This document shows positions 20,841 to 32,194 of a stretch of DNA of 64,000 nucleotides, piece after piece (the first letter of the stretch is position 1; each line of letters starts with the position of its first letter). The stretch lies in contig CBIHKY010000009.1 of assembly GCA_966205705.1 (NCBI GenBank), positions 401-64,400 on the forward strand, in the 5' to 3' direction. Source of the stretch: an uncultured Alphaproteobacteria bacterium. Its GTDB lineage: Bacteria > Pseudomonadota > Alphaproteobacteria > Sphingomonadales > Sphingomonadaceae. Below the pieces are notes generated by a model. The model did no database searches, was not told where the DNA came from, and saw nothing but the letters and a program-made list of their open reading frames with translations. Position numbers and translations under genes: made by a program.

Positions 20841-21272
20841 TCAGCCGTCGATAATGGTTGTCGAGGGGTGATGTCGGTCTAGATGCTTGCGGATAATACG
20901 CAAATTCTTGCTGTTCGAGCGGAAGGCAAGATCGAACGCATCGCCCACGAACGGGATCGCGCCGATGGCGGTATCCACACCGATATTGGCACTCATGCGA
21001 ATAAGCTGCCAGCGCGACATGCCAAGGTTGCGCGCTTCCCAAACGATCCACGCGCCCATCGCCGCTGCCACGAGATCGCCCACCACAGGGATAAGTCCGA
21101 TCATTGCATCCAGCCCGACGCGAAAGCGCGTACCGGGAATGGTGAACACATTCTCGAGCACCTGCTCCATCATCTCGATGCGCTGACGCACCGATTGAGC
21201 ATCGCGCCCCATGCCGGGCATGCGGTCGAACTGCGCCGCCATCTCATCCACACGAAAATTAGGCCTGGCCAT
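20841..21272 (-). CDS. DUF4112 domain protein
   Basis: F.IPGT.FRVGLDA.IGLIP.VGD, GAIPFVGD.FD..FRSN.KN. Confidence 0.88.
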   Translation of the reverse strand: MARPNFRVDEMAAQFDRMPGMGRDAQSVRQRIEMMEQVLENVFTIPGTRFRVGLDAMIGLIPVVGDLVAAAMGAWIVWEARNLGMSRWQLIRMSANIGVDTAIGAIPFVGDAFDLAFRSNSKNLRIIRKHLDRHHPSTTIIDG

Positions 21273-21317
21273 CGCCGCAGCAATCCTTGTCCAAGCGGGC
21301 GAATTGCCGCGCCAATG

Positions 21318-22814
21318 CTATCTGGGGGTTATGATCAACCGGTTCAATGGATGCACGCCGCGCGGGGAGGGTTGGAAGCCCGTCAATCGCCGCCCGACCG
21401 CTGCCCAGCGGATCGGCTGGCCGAGTGGGATGAAGCCGGCATAAGCGACCGTGGTCTCTTCCGCCTCTCCAAGCAGCCGGGCTTGCTCGTCTTTATCCCG
21501 CTGCTTGCGGGCTTGTGCGAGGAGTGGGGCTACGCGGCTGTCACAGCGCAAGCCGCCAGCGCAATCGAGCCGGGCGAGATACCAAAGGGCGCTGTCAAAG
21601 GGCGCGATTTCGTCGATCAGCCGCAGGTCTGCAGCCTCATCCATCGCGACGCGATCGACACTGACACCGATCTGGCCGAAATCGCGCGCCAGTCGATGGA
21701 AAAGCAGCGACGCGCCTGGGCCATCCGGCAGCGCGATGCGCAACACTGGCGGGGCCTCGTTCGCGGCAACCCAACGCTCGATGATGCCGCGCGCCGAGAC
21801 GATCCGCTCCGCAATCGGCTCGCCGGTCCAGGCTGGCGCGCTGGGCTGCCGCTCAAGTTCCAGCGGGCCGGGCATGGGGTAAACGCGCGTTGCCCATGTC
21901 GGGAGGGCAAGCGCCGCGCCGATTTGCGCACGATCCACCACGCGGGCGAGCGCATCACGCACGGCAAGATCGTCCAGAAATGCTGATTTGCTCGTGATGC
22001 CCAAGCCGAACAGGCCCGGCGCAGGATCGAACTCCATCTCGGTCTGCGTCAGGCCCACAACCTTGGTGAGCGGCAGATGCTGGAAGCGCCCGCCCAGCAC
22101 AAGATCATTCTCGCGTGCCTTGAAGCGCACGAGCGCGAGAGACGCACGCATGGCTCGCAAATGGCGGTGATCGATCTGCGGCGTGATCTTCTCTTCCTCA
22201 TCGACCGCCGGGGACGGAGCGAGGGGAGGGGCGACCGGGATCAGATCTGCGGCGCCCTTAACGTCCACAGCTTCATAAGGCCCGGTGCCGCCACCGCGCG
22301 GCAGAATCGCCAGTTGCGGCTGGGCAAGCAATTGCAGGAAGGCGGGCAAACTTGCGTCCAGGCGAATCTCGATCACCCGATCGGTCATCGCGCGCACGTC
22401 GGGCTCCAGCCCGGCCAGCGACAACGGGTTGGCCCGCATCCGCTCGCGCAACAGCCGGGCAACCTGCTCGGCTTTCACCGGCTCGCCATCGCGCCAGTTC
22501 AGGCGCTTGAGCCGAAAGATGAAGCTTTGCCCGCCATCCTCCACGATCCAGCTTTCCGCCATCGCGCCAACGACCTCGCCATTGGCATCGAAGCTGAGCA
22601 ACCCTTGCGCCGTGGCACCAAGAATGAGCTTTCCGGGCGCGGACATGCTGTTTTGCAGCGGCCGCGCCATCTGGTCAGGCTCGCCGATCACGTCCACTTG
22701 CACAGCGCTCTTGTCTCGCTGGCCGCCACAGCCAACGAGGCTGAGCATTGCCGCTGCGACCACAGCCTGATGCAGCCAGCTGGGACGATATCTGTTCTTG
22801 ATTGGATGAGTCAT
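21318..22814 (-). CDS. ABC-type (family 5-like) substrate-binding lipoprotein
   Basis: Lipobox LVGC; GL...D.NG.V....AESW....G..F.F.L typical of SBP_bac_5. Confidence 0.75.
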   Translation of the reverse strand: MTHPIKNRYRPSWLHQAVVAAAMLSLVGCGGQRDKSAVQVDVIGEPDQMARPLQNSMSAPGKLILGATAQGLLSFDANGEVVGAMAESWIVEDGGQSFIFRLKRLNWRDGEPVKAEQVARLLRERMRANPLSLAGLEPDVRAMTDRVIEIRLDASLPAFLQLLAQPQLAILPRGGGTGPYEAVDVKGAADLIPVAPPLAPSPAVDEEEKITPQIDHRHLRAMRASLALVRFKARENDLVLGGRFQHLPLTKVVGLTQTEMEFDPAPGLFGLGITSKSAFLDDLAVRDALARVVDRAQIGAALALPTWATRVYPMPGPLELERQPSAPAWTGEPIAERIVSARGIIERWVAANEAPPVLRIALPDGPGASLLFHRLARDFGQIGVSVDRVAMDEAADLRLIDEIAPFDSALWYLARLDCAGGLRCDSRVAPLLAQARKQRDKDEQARLLGEAEETTVAYAGFIPLGQPIRWAAVGRRLTGFQPSPRGVHPLNRLIITPR

Positions 22815-22985
22815 CGCAGCCTTCGCATGAAGCCAAGGCTCTAGAGCATTTTCGGCGCAGGTAAAATCACTTGCGGGGAGGAGTAGCTTTTCGGCGGGGG
22901 CTATTTTCACCGCATGCCAGCGCATGCTGGCATCTGTGGCGTTGGTGAGCAACAATGGCGGTCATCACATCGGTAAGGACGTTAG

Positions 22986-23336
22986 ATGCAGCTTTATCAT
23001 GGATCCTGTCACTGCCGCGGCGTGACGTTCACGGCTAAAGTAGCGCTCGACTATTCCGCGCGATGCGATTTCTCAATGTGCAGACGGCGCGGCGCGATCA
23101 TGCTGCGCTGTGACGAAGTCGATCTGTGTCTGCAATCCGGCAAGGAGTTGCTTTCAGAATACCGCTTCAACAGGAACGTTGCAGTCCACTATTTCTGCAA
23201 ACGGTGCGGCATCTATACCTTCCACAAGATGCGGAAATTTCCCGATAAATATGCGGTCAACGCCGGTTGCCTCGATGCCATCGATTTGAAGACCCTGCGC
23301 CCAACCGATATCGAGGGTGCGAAGATCTACAGCTGA
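22986..23336 (+). CDS. GFA (CENP-V-like) family protein
   Basis: GSCHCRGV.F, CDFSMCRR, HYFCKRCGI, YAVN..CL. Confidence 0.85.
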   Translation: MQLYHGSCHCRGVTFTAKVALDYSARCDFSMCRRRGAIMLRCDEVDLCLQSGKELLSEYRFNRNVAVHYFCKRCGIYTFHKMRKFPDKYAVNAGCLDAIDLKTLRPTDIEGAKIYS

Positions 23337-23386
23337 GGGGCGTTCATTTCGGCCAAGCTGGAACAAGGACCTTGGCGCTCAAATCA

Positions 23387-23473
23387 TGGTGCGGACGGCG
23401 GGACTCGAACCCGCACTCTCAGCCGAGAAGCAGATTTTAAGTCTGCTGCGTCTACCGGTTTCGCCACGTCCGC
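23387..23473 (-). tRNA. tRNA-Leu (TAA)
   Basis: GCGGACGTGGCGAAACCGGTAGACGCAGCAGACTTAAAATCTGCT...GGTTCGAGTCCCGCCGTCCGCACCA; long variable arm. Confidence 0.97.
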
Positions 23474-23586
23474 CCAAGGTTCGTGCGCGCCGTCCATGCC
23501 ATGCTGGCAGCGCTGGGGCTAGCCCTTTGGCAAGGGCGACCCATCAAAACATGACTTGAAAAGAAGAGCAGCCTGCGCCGCCGCCG

Positions 23587-23871
23587 TCACTCGCCAGCGT
23601 TGAGGCGAATGCGCATTTCCTTGCCGGGCTTGAAGTGCGGAACCCGCTTTGGCGGGACGGACACTGATGTTCCCGTACGTGGATTGCGGCCCGTGCGGGC
23701 ATCGCGTGCGCGCGTGGTGAAGGCGCCAAAGCCGCGCAGCTCGACACGACCACCTTCGGCCAGTCGCGTGGAAATGGAATCGAACACGATGTCCACGATG
23801 CGGTCAACTTCCGCGCTGTGCAAATCCGGGTGCAACTCTGCAAGCTTTTGTACGAGCTGAGAACGAATCAT
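23587..23871 (-). CDS. ihfB: Integration host factor subunit beta
   Basis: [34 protein letters not shown]. Confidence 0.95.
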   Translation of the reverse strand: MIRSQLVQKLAELHPDLHSAEVDRIVDIVFDSISTRLAEGGRVELRGFGAFTTRARDARTGRNPRTGTSVSVPPKRVPHFKPGKEMRIRLNAGE

Positions 23872-24038
23872 CTCTGCCACTTTCCGATTTTGGCCGAAAC
23901 CGGCCCCCCAAGCCCCCGGCGATTTCCCGATTCCCCAATCGGTTACACCACCGTGACTATTTTCGCTCTGCCACAGAGCCGCGCCAAATCAAGTGAAATC
24001 AGCGCTTAAGCTGCAGAATCGACAAGTACTAGAATCAG

Positions 24039-24068
24039 GCGGGCCGATCGACGAATCGACCGGCCCGC
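24039..24068. terminator. Hairpin downstream of rpsA
   Basis: gcgggccg...cggcccgc. Confidence 0.55.
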
Positions 24069-24110
24069 TTTTATCCGTTCGGGCCAAAGCTGACCCGAAT
24101 GAGCTTAAAC

Positions 24111-25820
24111 TCAGTTCTTGCCCTTGAGCGCTTCGCCCAGGATGTCGCCCAGCGACGCGCCGCTGTCGGACGAGCCATACTGCGCCACGGCCTGCTTCTC
24201 TTCCGAGATCTGCAGAGCCTTGATCGAGAAGTTCGGCTTCTTGGAGCGGTCGAAACCGATCACCAGTGCGTCGAACTTCTGACCAACCTGGAAGCGGTCT
24301 GGGCGCTGCTCGTCGCGGTCGCGGCCAAGGTCGCTGCGCTTGATGAAGCCCGTGACGCCATCGTCGCCAGCCTGAACTTCCAGGCCGCCATCGCGCACTT
24401 CAAGAACGGTGACCGTGACGGTCTCATTCTTGTTGATGCCAGCGCCCGCCGAGCGGCCGACAGAGCCAGCAGCCGGAGCACCCTTTTCAAGCTGCTTCAT
24501 GCCGAGGCTGATGCGCTCCTTCTCAACATCCACGTCGAGCACGATGGCCGTAACCATCTCGCCCTTGCGATGCAGGTTGAGCGCGTCTTCACCCGAAATG
24601 CCCCATGCGATGTCGGACATGTGTACCATGCCGTCGACGTCGCCATCCAGACCGATGAACAGGCCGAACTCGGTCGCGTTCTTGACTTCGCCTTCGACGG
24701 TCGAGCCAACCGGGTGCTTGTCTGCAAAGCTGTCCCAAGGGTTGGACTGCGCCTGCTTGAGGCCAAGGCTGATACGACGCTTCTCGGCATCGACTTCCAG
24801 AACGATGACTTCCACTTCCTGGCTCGTCGAAACGATCTTGCCGGGGTGAACATTCTTCTTGGTCCAGGACATTTCCGAAACGTGGACAAGGCCCTCGATG
24901 CCAGCTTCCAGCTCCACGAAGGCACCATATTCGGTGATGTTCGTGACGCGACCGGAGAGCTTGGCGCCCACTGGATACTTGGACGTTGCGCCTTCCCAAG
25001 GATCGCTCTCGAGCTGCTTCATGCCAAGGCTGATGCGCTGCGTTTCGCGGTTGATGCGGATGATCTGCACCTTCACCGTGTCGCCGATGTTGATCATCTC
25101 GCTTGGGTGATTGATGCGCTTGTAGCTCAGATCCGTGACGTGCAGCAGGCCATCGATGCCGCCAAGGTCAACGAACGCACCATAATCGGTGATGTTCTTG
25201 ACGATGCCTTCGATGATCTGGCCTTCGGTCAGCGTCAGGATGAGGCCGCTGCGCTGCTCGGCGCGCGTCTCTTCCAGAATGGCGCGACGCGACACGACGA
25301 TGTTGCCGCGGCGACGATCCATTTTGAGGATCTGGAAAGGCTGTGGAATGTCCATGAGCGGCGTAACGTCGCGCACGGGGCGGATATCGACCTGCGAGCC
25401 GGGCAGGAATGCCACGGCGCCATCAAGATCGACCGTGAAGCCGCCCTTGACGCGACCGAAGATGACACCCTCAACGCGGGCGCTCTCGGTAAATTCGGAT
25501 TCCAGCTTGTCCCATGCGGCTTCGCGACGGGCGCGATCGCGCGACAGCATGGCCTCGCCATTGCTGTTCTCAACGCGGTCGACATAAACTTCGACTTCAT
25601 CGCCGACCTTCAGGTCCGACTTCTGGCCCGGTGCGGCAAATTCGCGCAGCGGCACGCGGCCTTCGCTCTTCAAACCTACGTCGATGACGGCGAGGTCGTT
25701 TTCAATGCCGGTGACTGTGCCCTTTACGACGCGGCCTTCAAAGCCACCATCTGCACCACCGAGTGTTTCATTGAGGAGCGCTGCGAAATCATCGCGCGTT
25801 GGGTTTGCCGTTGAGGCCAT
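24111..25820 (-). CDS. rpsA: 30S ribosomal protein S1
   Basis: Tandem S1 domains (VDLGGIDGLLH, GIEGLVHVSEMSW). Confidence 0.99.
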   Translation of the reverse strand: MASTANPTRDDFAALLNETLGGADGGFEGRVVKGTVTGIENDLAVIDVGLKSEGRVPLREFAAPGQKSDLKVGDEVEVYVDRVENSNGEAMLSRDRARREAAWDKLESEFTESARVEGVIFGRVKGGFTVDLDGAVAFLPGSQVDIRPVRDVTPLMDIPQPFQILKMDRRRGNIVVSRRAILEETRAEQRSGLILTLTEGQIIEGIVKNITDYGAFVDLGGIDGLLHVTDLSYKRINHPSEMINIGDTVKVQIIRINRETQRISLGMKQLESDPWEGATSKYPVGAKLSGRVTNITEYGAFVELEAGIEGLVHVSEMSWTKKNVHPGKIVSTSQEVEVIVLEVDAEKRRISLGLKQAQSNPWDSFADKHPVGSTVEGEVKNATEFGLFIGLDGDVDGMVHMSDIAWGISGEDALNLHRKGEMVTAIVLDVDVEKERISLGMKQLEKGAPAAGSVGRSAGAGINKNETVTVTVLEVRDGGLEVQAGDDGVTGFIKRSDLGRDRDEQRPDRFQVGQKFDALVIGFDRSKKPNFSIKALQISEEKQAVAQYGSSDSGASLGDILGEALKGKN

Positions 25821-25999
25821 ATGAGATTTAGTCCTTCAAGTCGTTGCTGGCCAGCCGGTTGTCTCCGGCGGTCTTAGGCCACACTGCCCGGACGACCTCA
25901 TGTCGCCCTGGCATTCGCCATGCGATAACTATTGAACACTCGGGCTTTGGGAAAAGCAAAAGGGCGCCCCGCAACAGCGAAGCGCCTCATCCAAGTCGG

Positions 26000-26629
26000 T
26001 TAAGTCCGACTCTTCAGGCGAGCGTCCACCAGCGCAATCGCATGTTGAACGGCTGCGCCTATACCTAAATTGCTTGTATCCAGCAAGTCCGCATCATCGG
26101 CTTGCAGCAGGGGTGCGTCAGCCCGGTTGGTGTCGCGCGCATCGCGCTCGGCAAGGTCGGCGGTGATGCTGGCGAGGGAGAGGGTTTCGTCGGTTGCGCT
26201 GAGCTCTGCATAACGGCGTTTGGCGCGCTCACCGACACTGGCGATGACGAACAGCTTGGCATCCGCGTCGGGTGCGATGACAGTGCCGATATCGCGCCCG
26301 TCTAGCACTGCGCCGCCGGGCTGGTTGGCGAAGACGCGCTGACGCTCCAGCAGCGCCGCGCGCACGGCAGGGTGACGCGAGACGCGGCTGGCGAGGGGGC
26401 CAGCGTCCTCGGAGCGCAGGGCGGAATCATCGAGTAAATCATCAGCGAAACCGCAGGCTTTCAGCGCATCCGCCTCACTGTCCGGATCACCATTGGCGCG
26501 CGCGACCGAGACGCCGACGGCGCGATAAAGCAGTCCGGTATCCAGATGCGGCAGGCCATAATGCTTGGCTAGCGCCCTCGCGATTGTGCCCTTGCCGGAC
26601 GCCGCCGGGCCATCCACCGCGATGATCAT
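26000..26629 (-). CDS. cmk: Cytidylate kinase
   Basis: [32 protein letters not shown]. Confidence 0.97.
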   Translation of the reverse strand: MIIAVDGPAASGKGTIARALAKHYGLPHLDTGLLYRAVGVSVARANGDPDSEADALKACGFADDLLDDSALRSEDAGPLASRVSRHPAVRAALLERQRVFANQPGGAVLDGRDIGTVIAPDADAKLFVIASVGERAKRRYAELSATDETLSLASITADLAERDARDTNRADAPLLQADDADLLDTSNLGIGAAVQHAIALVDARLKSRT

Positions 26630-27966
26630 GCGGACTGCTTCAAGCCATCAAGCAGCGCCACAAAGCCAGGGAAGCTCGTCGCCACCGGACTCATATCATC
26701 GATGATGAGACCGCCGCGCGTGTGCATGCCTGCCACGGCAAAGCTCATGGCGATGCGATGGTCCAGATCGGCGCCGATTAGGGGGGCGCTATTGCCGCCG
26801 TCCAGTGGTGCACCGCCGCTTCCCTCAATGATGAGGCCGTCTTCCTGCTCCTCGACTCGCACGCCGATTCGCGCGAGGCCCCGCGCCATCAGGGCAAGGC
26901 GATCCGATTCCTTCACACGCAACTCATCCAGACCGCTGGTGCGCGTGATGCCCTGCGCACAGGCCGCCGCAACGAACAGGATCGGGAATTCATCGATCAT
27001 GCTCGGCGCTACATCCGGCGGCACATCGATGCCGGTAAGCGTGCTATGCCGCGCTACGATGTCCGCCACCGGCTCGCCGCCTACATCGCGCTCATTGGTG
27101 ATGGTCAGGTCCGCGCCCATTGCCTGCAAAATCTTGAAGAGGCCGGCCCGCGTTGGGTTCATGCCGACATTGGTGATGGTGATGTCCGACCCCGGCACGA
27201 TCAGCGCCGCGACGATGGGGAAGGCGGCGGAGGAAGGGTCGCCCGGCACGGTCAGCGTTTGCGCCTTCAGCTCAGCCTCGCCGGTCAGCGAGATGATTCG
27301 CGTGCCATCCGCCTCAATCTCAACCGTCAGCTCGGCGCCAAAGCCGCGCAGCATCCGTTCGCTATGGTCGCGGGTGGGAACGGGCTCGATCACGCGGGTG
27401 ATGCCCGGCGTGTTCAGCCCGGCCAGCAGCACGGCGGACTTCACCTGAGCAGAAGCAACCGGCAGGCGATATTCGATAGGCACGGCAGGCACGATGCCGC
27501 GCATGGTAAGCGGCAGGCGCTCGCCCGGCGAGGCGGTGAACTGCGCGCCCATCAGGCCCAGCGGCGTCGTCACCCGGCCCATCGGGCGCTTGCTGAGCGA
27601 GGCATCGCCCACAAAGGTCGCCGTCACATCATGGCTGGCCAGCACCCCCATCAGCAGCCGCGTGGAGGTGCCGCTATTGCCCATATCCAGCGCGGTGGCA
27701 GGCTGGGTGAGGCTGCCCACGCCCACGCCATGAATATGCCACACGCCCTCGCCATCCCGCTCGATGCTCGCGCCAAGCTGCCGCATGGCGGCGGCGGTGG
27801 CGAGCACATCATCGCCCTCCAGCAGGCCGGAGACGTGGCTCTCGCCGACAGCCAGCGCCGAGAGCATGAGCGAGCGATGCGAAATGCTCTTGTCGCCCGG
27901 CACCGTCGCTGTGCCGCGCAAAGGGGCGCCAGGCTCAAAGAGCATGTTGAGCGCAATATCAGTCAT
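26626..27966 (-). CDS. aroA: EPSP synthase
   Basis: [43 protein letters not shown]. Confidence 0.98.
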   Translation of the reverse strand: MTDIALNMLFEPGAPLRGTATVPGDKSISHRSLMLSALAVGESHVSGLLEGDDVLATAAAMRQLGASIERDGEGVWHIHGVGVGSLTQPATALDMGNSGTSTRLLMGVLASHDVTATFVGDASLSKRPMGRVTTPLGLMGAQFTASPGERLPLTMRGIVPAVPIEYRLPVASAQVKSAVLLAGLNTPGITRVIEPVPTRDHSERMLRGFGAELTVEIEADGTRIISLTGEAELKAQTLTVPGDPSSAAFPIVAALIVPGSDITITNVGMNPTRAGLFKILQAMGADLTITNERDVGGEPVADIVARHSTLTGIDVPPDVAPSMIDEFPILFVAAACAQGITRTSGLDELRVKESDRLALMARGLARIGVRVEEQEDGLIIEGSGGAPLDGGNSAPLIGADLDHRIAMSFAVAGMHTRGGLIIDDMSPVATSFPGFVALLDGLKQSA

Positions 27967-28149
27967 GAAATATCGGTCCGATAACAGGCCGTGGCTGCAC
28001 GCGAAGCGAGCCGGGCGGAATAAAAATGGCGATCTGCTTTTGACAGTGCCCGCCCGCTATGGCAAGGCGCCCGACACTTCGCGGTAAGCATTGCTTGGCC
28101 GCGCAATCGACTTTTACGGCATCTATTATCTGGAAGGATAAGGCGGCAC

Positions 28150-28470
28150 ATGGTGAAGCCTGAATGGGGAACGAAGCGTACTTGCCCCAAATGCGCGACG
28201 CGATTTTACGATCTCGGCAAGGACGAGCCCGTAAACTGCATCGAGTGCGGTAACGTCTGGACTCCAGACCCCGTGCTCAAATCAAAGCAGCCGCTGCCTT
28301 TCGAGGAAGCGCCAAAGGCTGTGGTCGAGGCAGAAACGACGGCCGATGACGATCTGGACATCGACGTCGATGTCGATGAGGCCGAAGGCTCGCCGGATAA
28401 CGACGTTGATCTCGGCGGTGATGACGACCTTGGTGTCGAAGCAGCCGACGATAAAGACGACGAAAATTAA
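28150..28470 (+). CDS. TIGR02300 / FYDLN_acid family protein
   Basis: WGTKR.CP.C..RFYDL with an acidic C-terminus. Confidence 0.92.
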   Translation: MVKPEWGTKRTCPKCATRFYDLGKDEPVNCIECGNVWTPDPVLKSKQPLPFEEAPKAVVEAETTADDDLDIDVDVDEAEGSPDNDVDLGGDDDLGVEAADDKDDEN

Positions 28471-28580
28471 GGTCGCCTGATACAGGACGCCTTACAAAAA
28501 AATCGACTTGCAGCGAGGCGAGTGCTGACATAAAGGCAGCGCCTCGCAGCGACGGACCCACCCGTCGCCTGCACAGGATT

Positions 28581-28656
28581 GGGGCCGTAGCTCAGCTGGG
28601 AGAGCGCTACACTGGCAGTGTAGAGGTCAGGGGTTCGATCCCCCTCGGCTCCACCA
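28581..28656 (+). tRNA. tRNA-Ala (GGC)
   Basis: GGGGCCGTAGCTCAGCTGGGAGAGCGCTACACTGGCAGTGTAGAGGTCAGGGGTTCGATCCCCCTCGGCTCCACCA. Confidence 0.98.
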
Positions 28657-28960
28657 TTTTATGTTCTTGAAATTCGGTCATTTCATGTTCTTGCGCTCTG
28701 CAAGGTCATGGACCTCGGGACCGATGCACACGCATCAGCTCAGCCATCCCTAGGCATTAAGCTTCCGTCGCAGCTATGAAATCCTTGAGATTTTCAGGTC
28801 TTAGGTGCTTATAGTTCGCTCCGGTTCCGCCGCCGTCTGAGACGTGACCAGCCGCTGCGTGCGCCGGAGTGGGCAATCGCCAATAAGCGAGGATTCGGGT
28901 CGTCGGGTATTGAGCGGCGCGGCTCGCGGGGCTTGATAGGAACTCGACGCGGCTCGCGCC

Positions 28961-31900
28961 TTAGTGGTCGAAAGGTGCTGCCTTCTCAGTAGCCGTATGG
29001 GAAAGGTTTTGGTGGCGGCTTGTGCGTCGGCGCTCGATGGTGCGTGAAACCCGGTCCCCCAACATTCGGCAGGCAACGTAGAAGACCGGCGCAAAGATCA
29101 GGCCGAGCAGGGTGAGGCCAATCATCCCGTAAAACACCGCCGTCCCCAGCGCCTGCCGCAATTCCGCGCCTGCTCCGGTTGCGAAGGCAAGCGGCACGAC
29201 GCCTGCAATGAAGGCCAGAGAGGTCATGAGGATCGGGCGTAAGCGGATGCGCGCCGCCATGATCGCGGCTTCCTTTGTGGAAAGGCCATCTTCCTCGGCC
29301 TGGCGGGCGAACTCGACGATAAGGATGGCATTTTTGGCGGCAAGGCCGACCAGAACGACCATGCCGATCTGCGTGAGGATATTATTGTCTGCGCCGCGCA
29401 GATTCACGCCGAGAATGGCGGAGAGCAGGCAGAGCGGGATGACCATGATGATCGCAAGCGGCAGTGTGAGGCTTTCGTAAAAGGCCGCAAGTGCGATGAA
29501 GACGAAGATGATCGCCAGCCCGAACGCAAGCTCGCCGCTGCCGCCCGCGACCCGCTGCTGATAGGCAAGGTCCGTCCACTCGACGGCAAAGCCCGCGGGC
29601 AGGCGCTCTGCGGCAATCCGCTCCATCGCTTCCATTGCCTCGCCGGAGGAATAACCGGGCGCGGCCTCGCCCTGAATGTCCGTCGATGGATAGAGATTGT
29701 AGCGCAGCACGCGATAAGGCCCGGTCGATGGCGTCAGCTTGGCGACGGCATCAAGCGGAACCATCGTGCCGGATGCCGAGCGGGTTTTGATCTGCCCGAG
29801 CAGGCCAGCATCCTGCCGATAGGCGGGGTCAGCCTGCGCAATCACCTGGAAGCTATGGCCGAGCAGGGTCATATTGTTCACGTAAGAGCCCGCCATATAG
29901 GTCTGGAGCGCGGCATAAACATCCTGACTTTCAACACCCAGCATCTCGGCCTTGTCGCGATCCACTTCCACCGCGATGCGCGGACTGCGCATGTTGAAAT
30001 TGGTGAAGCTCTGGGCGATTGCCGGATCCTCGGCGGCAGCCGTTGCAAGATCGCGCGTTACTTCATCCAGCGCTGCATAGCCATGGCCGCCACGATCCTC
30101 CACCATCAGGCGGAAGCCGCCGGCCGTGCCAAGGCCGCGCACAGGCGGAGGCATGATCAGGCGAATGTCCGCCTCGGTCATGCCTGAGAAGCGCTTGCGC
30201 AGATCGGCGACGATGACGTCCGCTGTCAATCCCTTGGGCAACCGCTCGCTAAACGGCTCCATGATCGCATAAAGCTGCCCGGCGCTGGACTGGACGGACA
30301 TGCCCATCGCATCTACGCCTGCATAGACGGAGGCGGCCTGAACGCCAGGCGTCTCCAGCATGACGTCGATGGCCTGCCGCACGACGGCATCGGTGCGGGC
30401 GAGGCTTGCGCCGGTCGGCAGGTTGATCGCGACGACGGCAAGGCTCTGATCCTGCTGCGGCACGAAACCGCGCGGCGTATCGTAGAGCCGCCAGCCCGTG
30501 AGCAGCAGCAGGCCCACATAGAGGATGAAGACGAGGCCCATCGAGCGCAGAAGGCGTCTCGTGAGCCTGCCATAGCTTTCGCCGAAGCGATCGAACATCG
30601 TCGTGAAGCGCTCGCCGCCGCGGTGCAGCCAGCGCATAATGGCGGTGCGCGGCGGGGCGCCGCCATGCTGGCGCAGCAGCAGCGCGCACAAGGCTGGCGA
30701 AAGGGTGAGGGAGACGATGAGGGAGATGACGGTGGCTGCGGTCACAGTCTGCGCGAACTGCGTGGAGAATGGCCGCGTCACGCCGCCCATGAGGGCCGTG
30801 GGCACAAAAACGGCGACCAGCACCAGCGCAATGCCGATGAGGGCGCCGCCCACCTCATTCATGGTTCGATAGGCCGCCTCGCGCGGCGCAACGCCTGCGC
30901 GAATATGGCGCTCGGCATTTTCCACCACGACGATGGCATCATCCACCACGATGCCGATGGAGAGCACCAGCCCGAACAGCGAGAGATTGTTAAGCGAGAA
31001 ACCCGCCGTCGCCATGACAGCGAAGGTGCCGACCAGCGAGATGGGGATAGCCAACAACGGGATGATCGCGGTGCGCCAGCTTTGCAGGAACAATATGACG
31101 ACGATGACGACGAGAATGACCGCCTCGATCATCGTGTCGCGCAGCTTGTCCACGGAATCGCTGATATATTGGCTGGGGTTGAACACGATCCGGTAGGAGA
31201 CGCCGGGCGGGAAACTCTTGGAGAGCTCCTTCATCGTTTCGCGAACCGCGTTGGCCGTCTGGAGGGCATTGCCGCCCGATGCTTGCGCGACGCTCAGCGG
31301 ATAGGCTTCTTCCTGATCAAGATAGGCATTGATCGAATAAGTCTGTGCGCCAAGCTCCACCCGCGCGATATCGCCAATGCGCGTGACACGCCCCTGTGCA
31401 TCGCGTTTGACGATGACCTGCTCGAACTCTTTGGGCTGGTTCAGCTTGCTCTGAACATCCAGATTATATTGCGTCGGGCCAGGCTTCTGGCTCATTTGCG
31501 CGCCGCCGACCGTGCCGGCTGCCAGCTGGATGTTATTGCCGCGCAGCGCCGCCAATATCTCCTGCACAGTCAGGTTGCGCGCGGCTGCCTTGTCCGGGTC
31601 GATCCAGATGCGCATGGCATAATCGCGCGCGGCGAAGGTGCCGACATCGCCCACGCCGGGCAGCCGCAACAGCCGCTCGCGCACCTGCATGGAGGCATAG
31701 TTGGCGAGATATTCGCGATCGACATTGGGCGATGTCGACAGCATGTGGACGATCATCAGCGTGTCGTTCTGCGCTTTGCGCACGGTGACGCCGAGCGTCT
31801 GCACTTCCTGCGGCAGTTGGGGCAGGGCGGTCTGCACGCGGTTTTGCACCTGCACCTGCGCCAGATCAGGATCGGTGCCGATCTGGAAGCTGATGTTGAT

Positions 31901-32194
31901 CGTCACGCGGCCATCGGCAATCGCGGTGGAGCTCACATAGAGCGTATTGTCCACGCCATTGATCTGCTGCTCCAGTGGCGCCGCCACGGTATCCGCCATC
32001 ACCTCGGCAGAGGCGCCGGGGAAAACCGCCGTGACGCTGACGACCGGCGGGGATATCTTGGGATATTGATCGACCGGCAATTGCCAATAGCTGATCATGC
32101 CGACGAGCAGGATGAACAGCGACAAGGCGCAGGCGAAAATGGGCCGCGCGATGAAGAAGTGCGAGAAGCTCATCCGCGCATTGGCGGCGCTCAT
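28961..32194 (-). CDS. RND efflux permease (HAE1/AcrB family)
   Basis: FFI.RPIFA, LP..QYP.I.PP, GIVVDDAIVVVEN, RLRPILMTSLAF; start 32194 or 32173. Confidence 0.96.
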   Translation of the reverse strand: MSAANARMSFSHFFIARPIFACALSLFILLVGMISYWQLPVDQYPKISPPVVSVTAVFPGASAEVMADTVAAPLEQQINGVDNTLYVSSTAIADGRVTINISFQIGTDPDLAQVQVQNRVQTALPQLPQEVQTLGVTVRKAQNDTLMIVHMLSTSPNVDREYLANYASMQVRERLLRLPGVGDVGTFAARDYAMRIWIDPDKAAARNLTVQEILAALRGNNIQLAAGTVGGAQMSQKPGPTQYNLDVQSKLNQPKEFEQVIVKRDAQGRVTRIGDIARVELGAQTYSINAYLDQEEAYPLSVAQASGGNALQTANAVRETMKELSKSFPPGVSYRIVFNPSQYISDSVDKLRDTMIEAVILVVIVVILFLQSWRTAIIPLLAIPISLVGTFAVMATAGFSLNNLSLFGLVLSIGIVVDDAIVVVENAERHIRAGVAPREAAYRTMNEVGGALIGIALVLVAVFVPTALMGGVTRPFSTQFAQTVTAATVISLIVSLTLSPALCALLLRQHGGAPPRTAIMRWLHRGGERFTTMFDRFGESYGRLTRRLLRSMGLVFILYVGLLLLTGWRLYDTPRGFVPQQDQSLAVVAINLPTGASLARTDAVVRQAIDVMLETPGVQAASVYAGVDAMGMSVQSSAGQLYAIMEPFSERLPKGLTADVIVADLRKRFSGMTEADIRLIMPPPVRGLGTAGGFRLMVEDRGGHGYAALDEVTRDLATAAAEDPAIAQSFTNFNMRSPRIAVEVDRDKAEMLGVESQDVYAALQTYMAGSYVNNMTLLGHSFQVIAQADPAYRQDAGLLGQIKTRSASGTMVPLDAVAKLTPSTGPYRVLRYNLYPSTDIQGEAAPGYSSGEAMEAMERIAAERLPAGFAVEWTDLAYQQRVAGGSGELAFGLAIIFVFIALAAFYESLTLPLAIIMVIPLCLLSAILGVNLRGADNNILTQIGMVVLVGLAAKNAILIVEFARQAEEDGLSTKEAAIMAARIRLRPILMTSLAFIAGVVPLAFATGAGAELRQALGTAVFYGMIGLTLLGLIFAPVFYVACRMLGDRVSRTIERRRTSRHQNLSHTATEKAAPFDH

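Noticed and set aside
24099-25814. 571-aa plus-strand ORF
   Set aside because: Antisense to rpsA; codon-bias artefact
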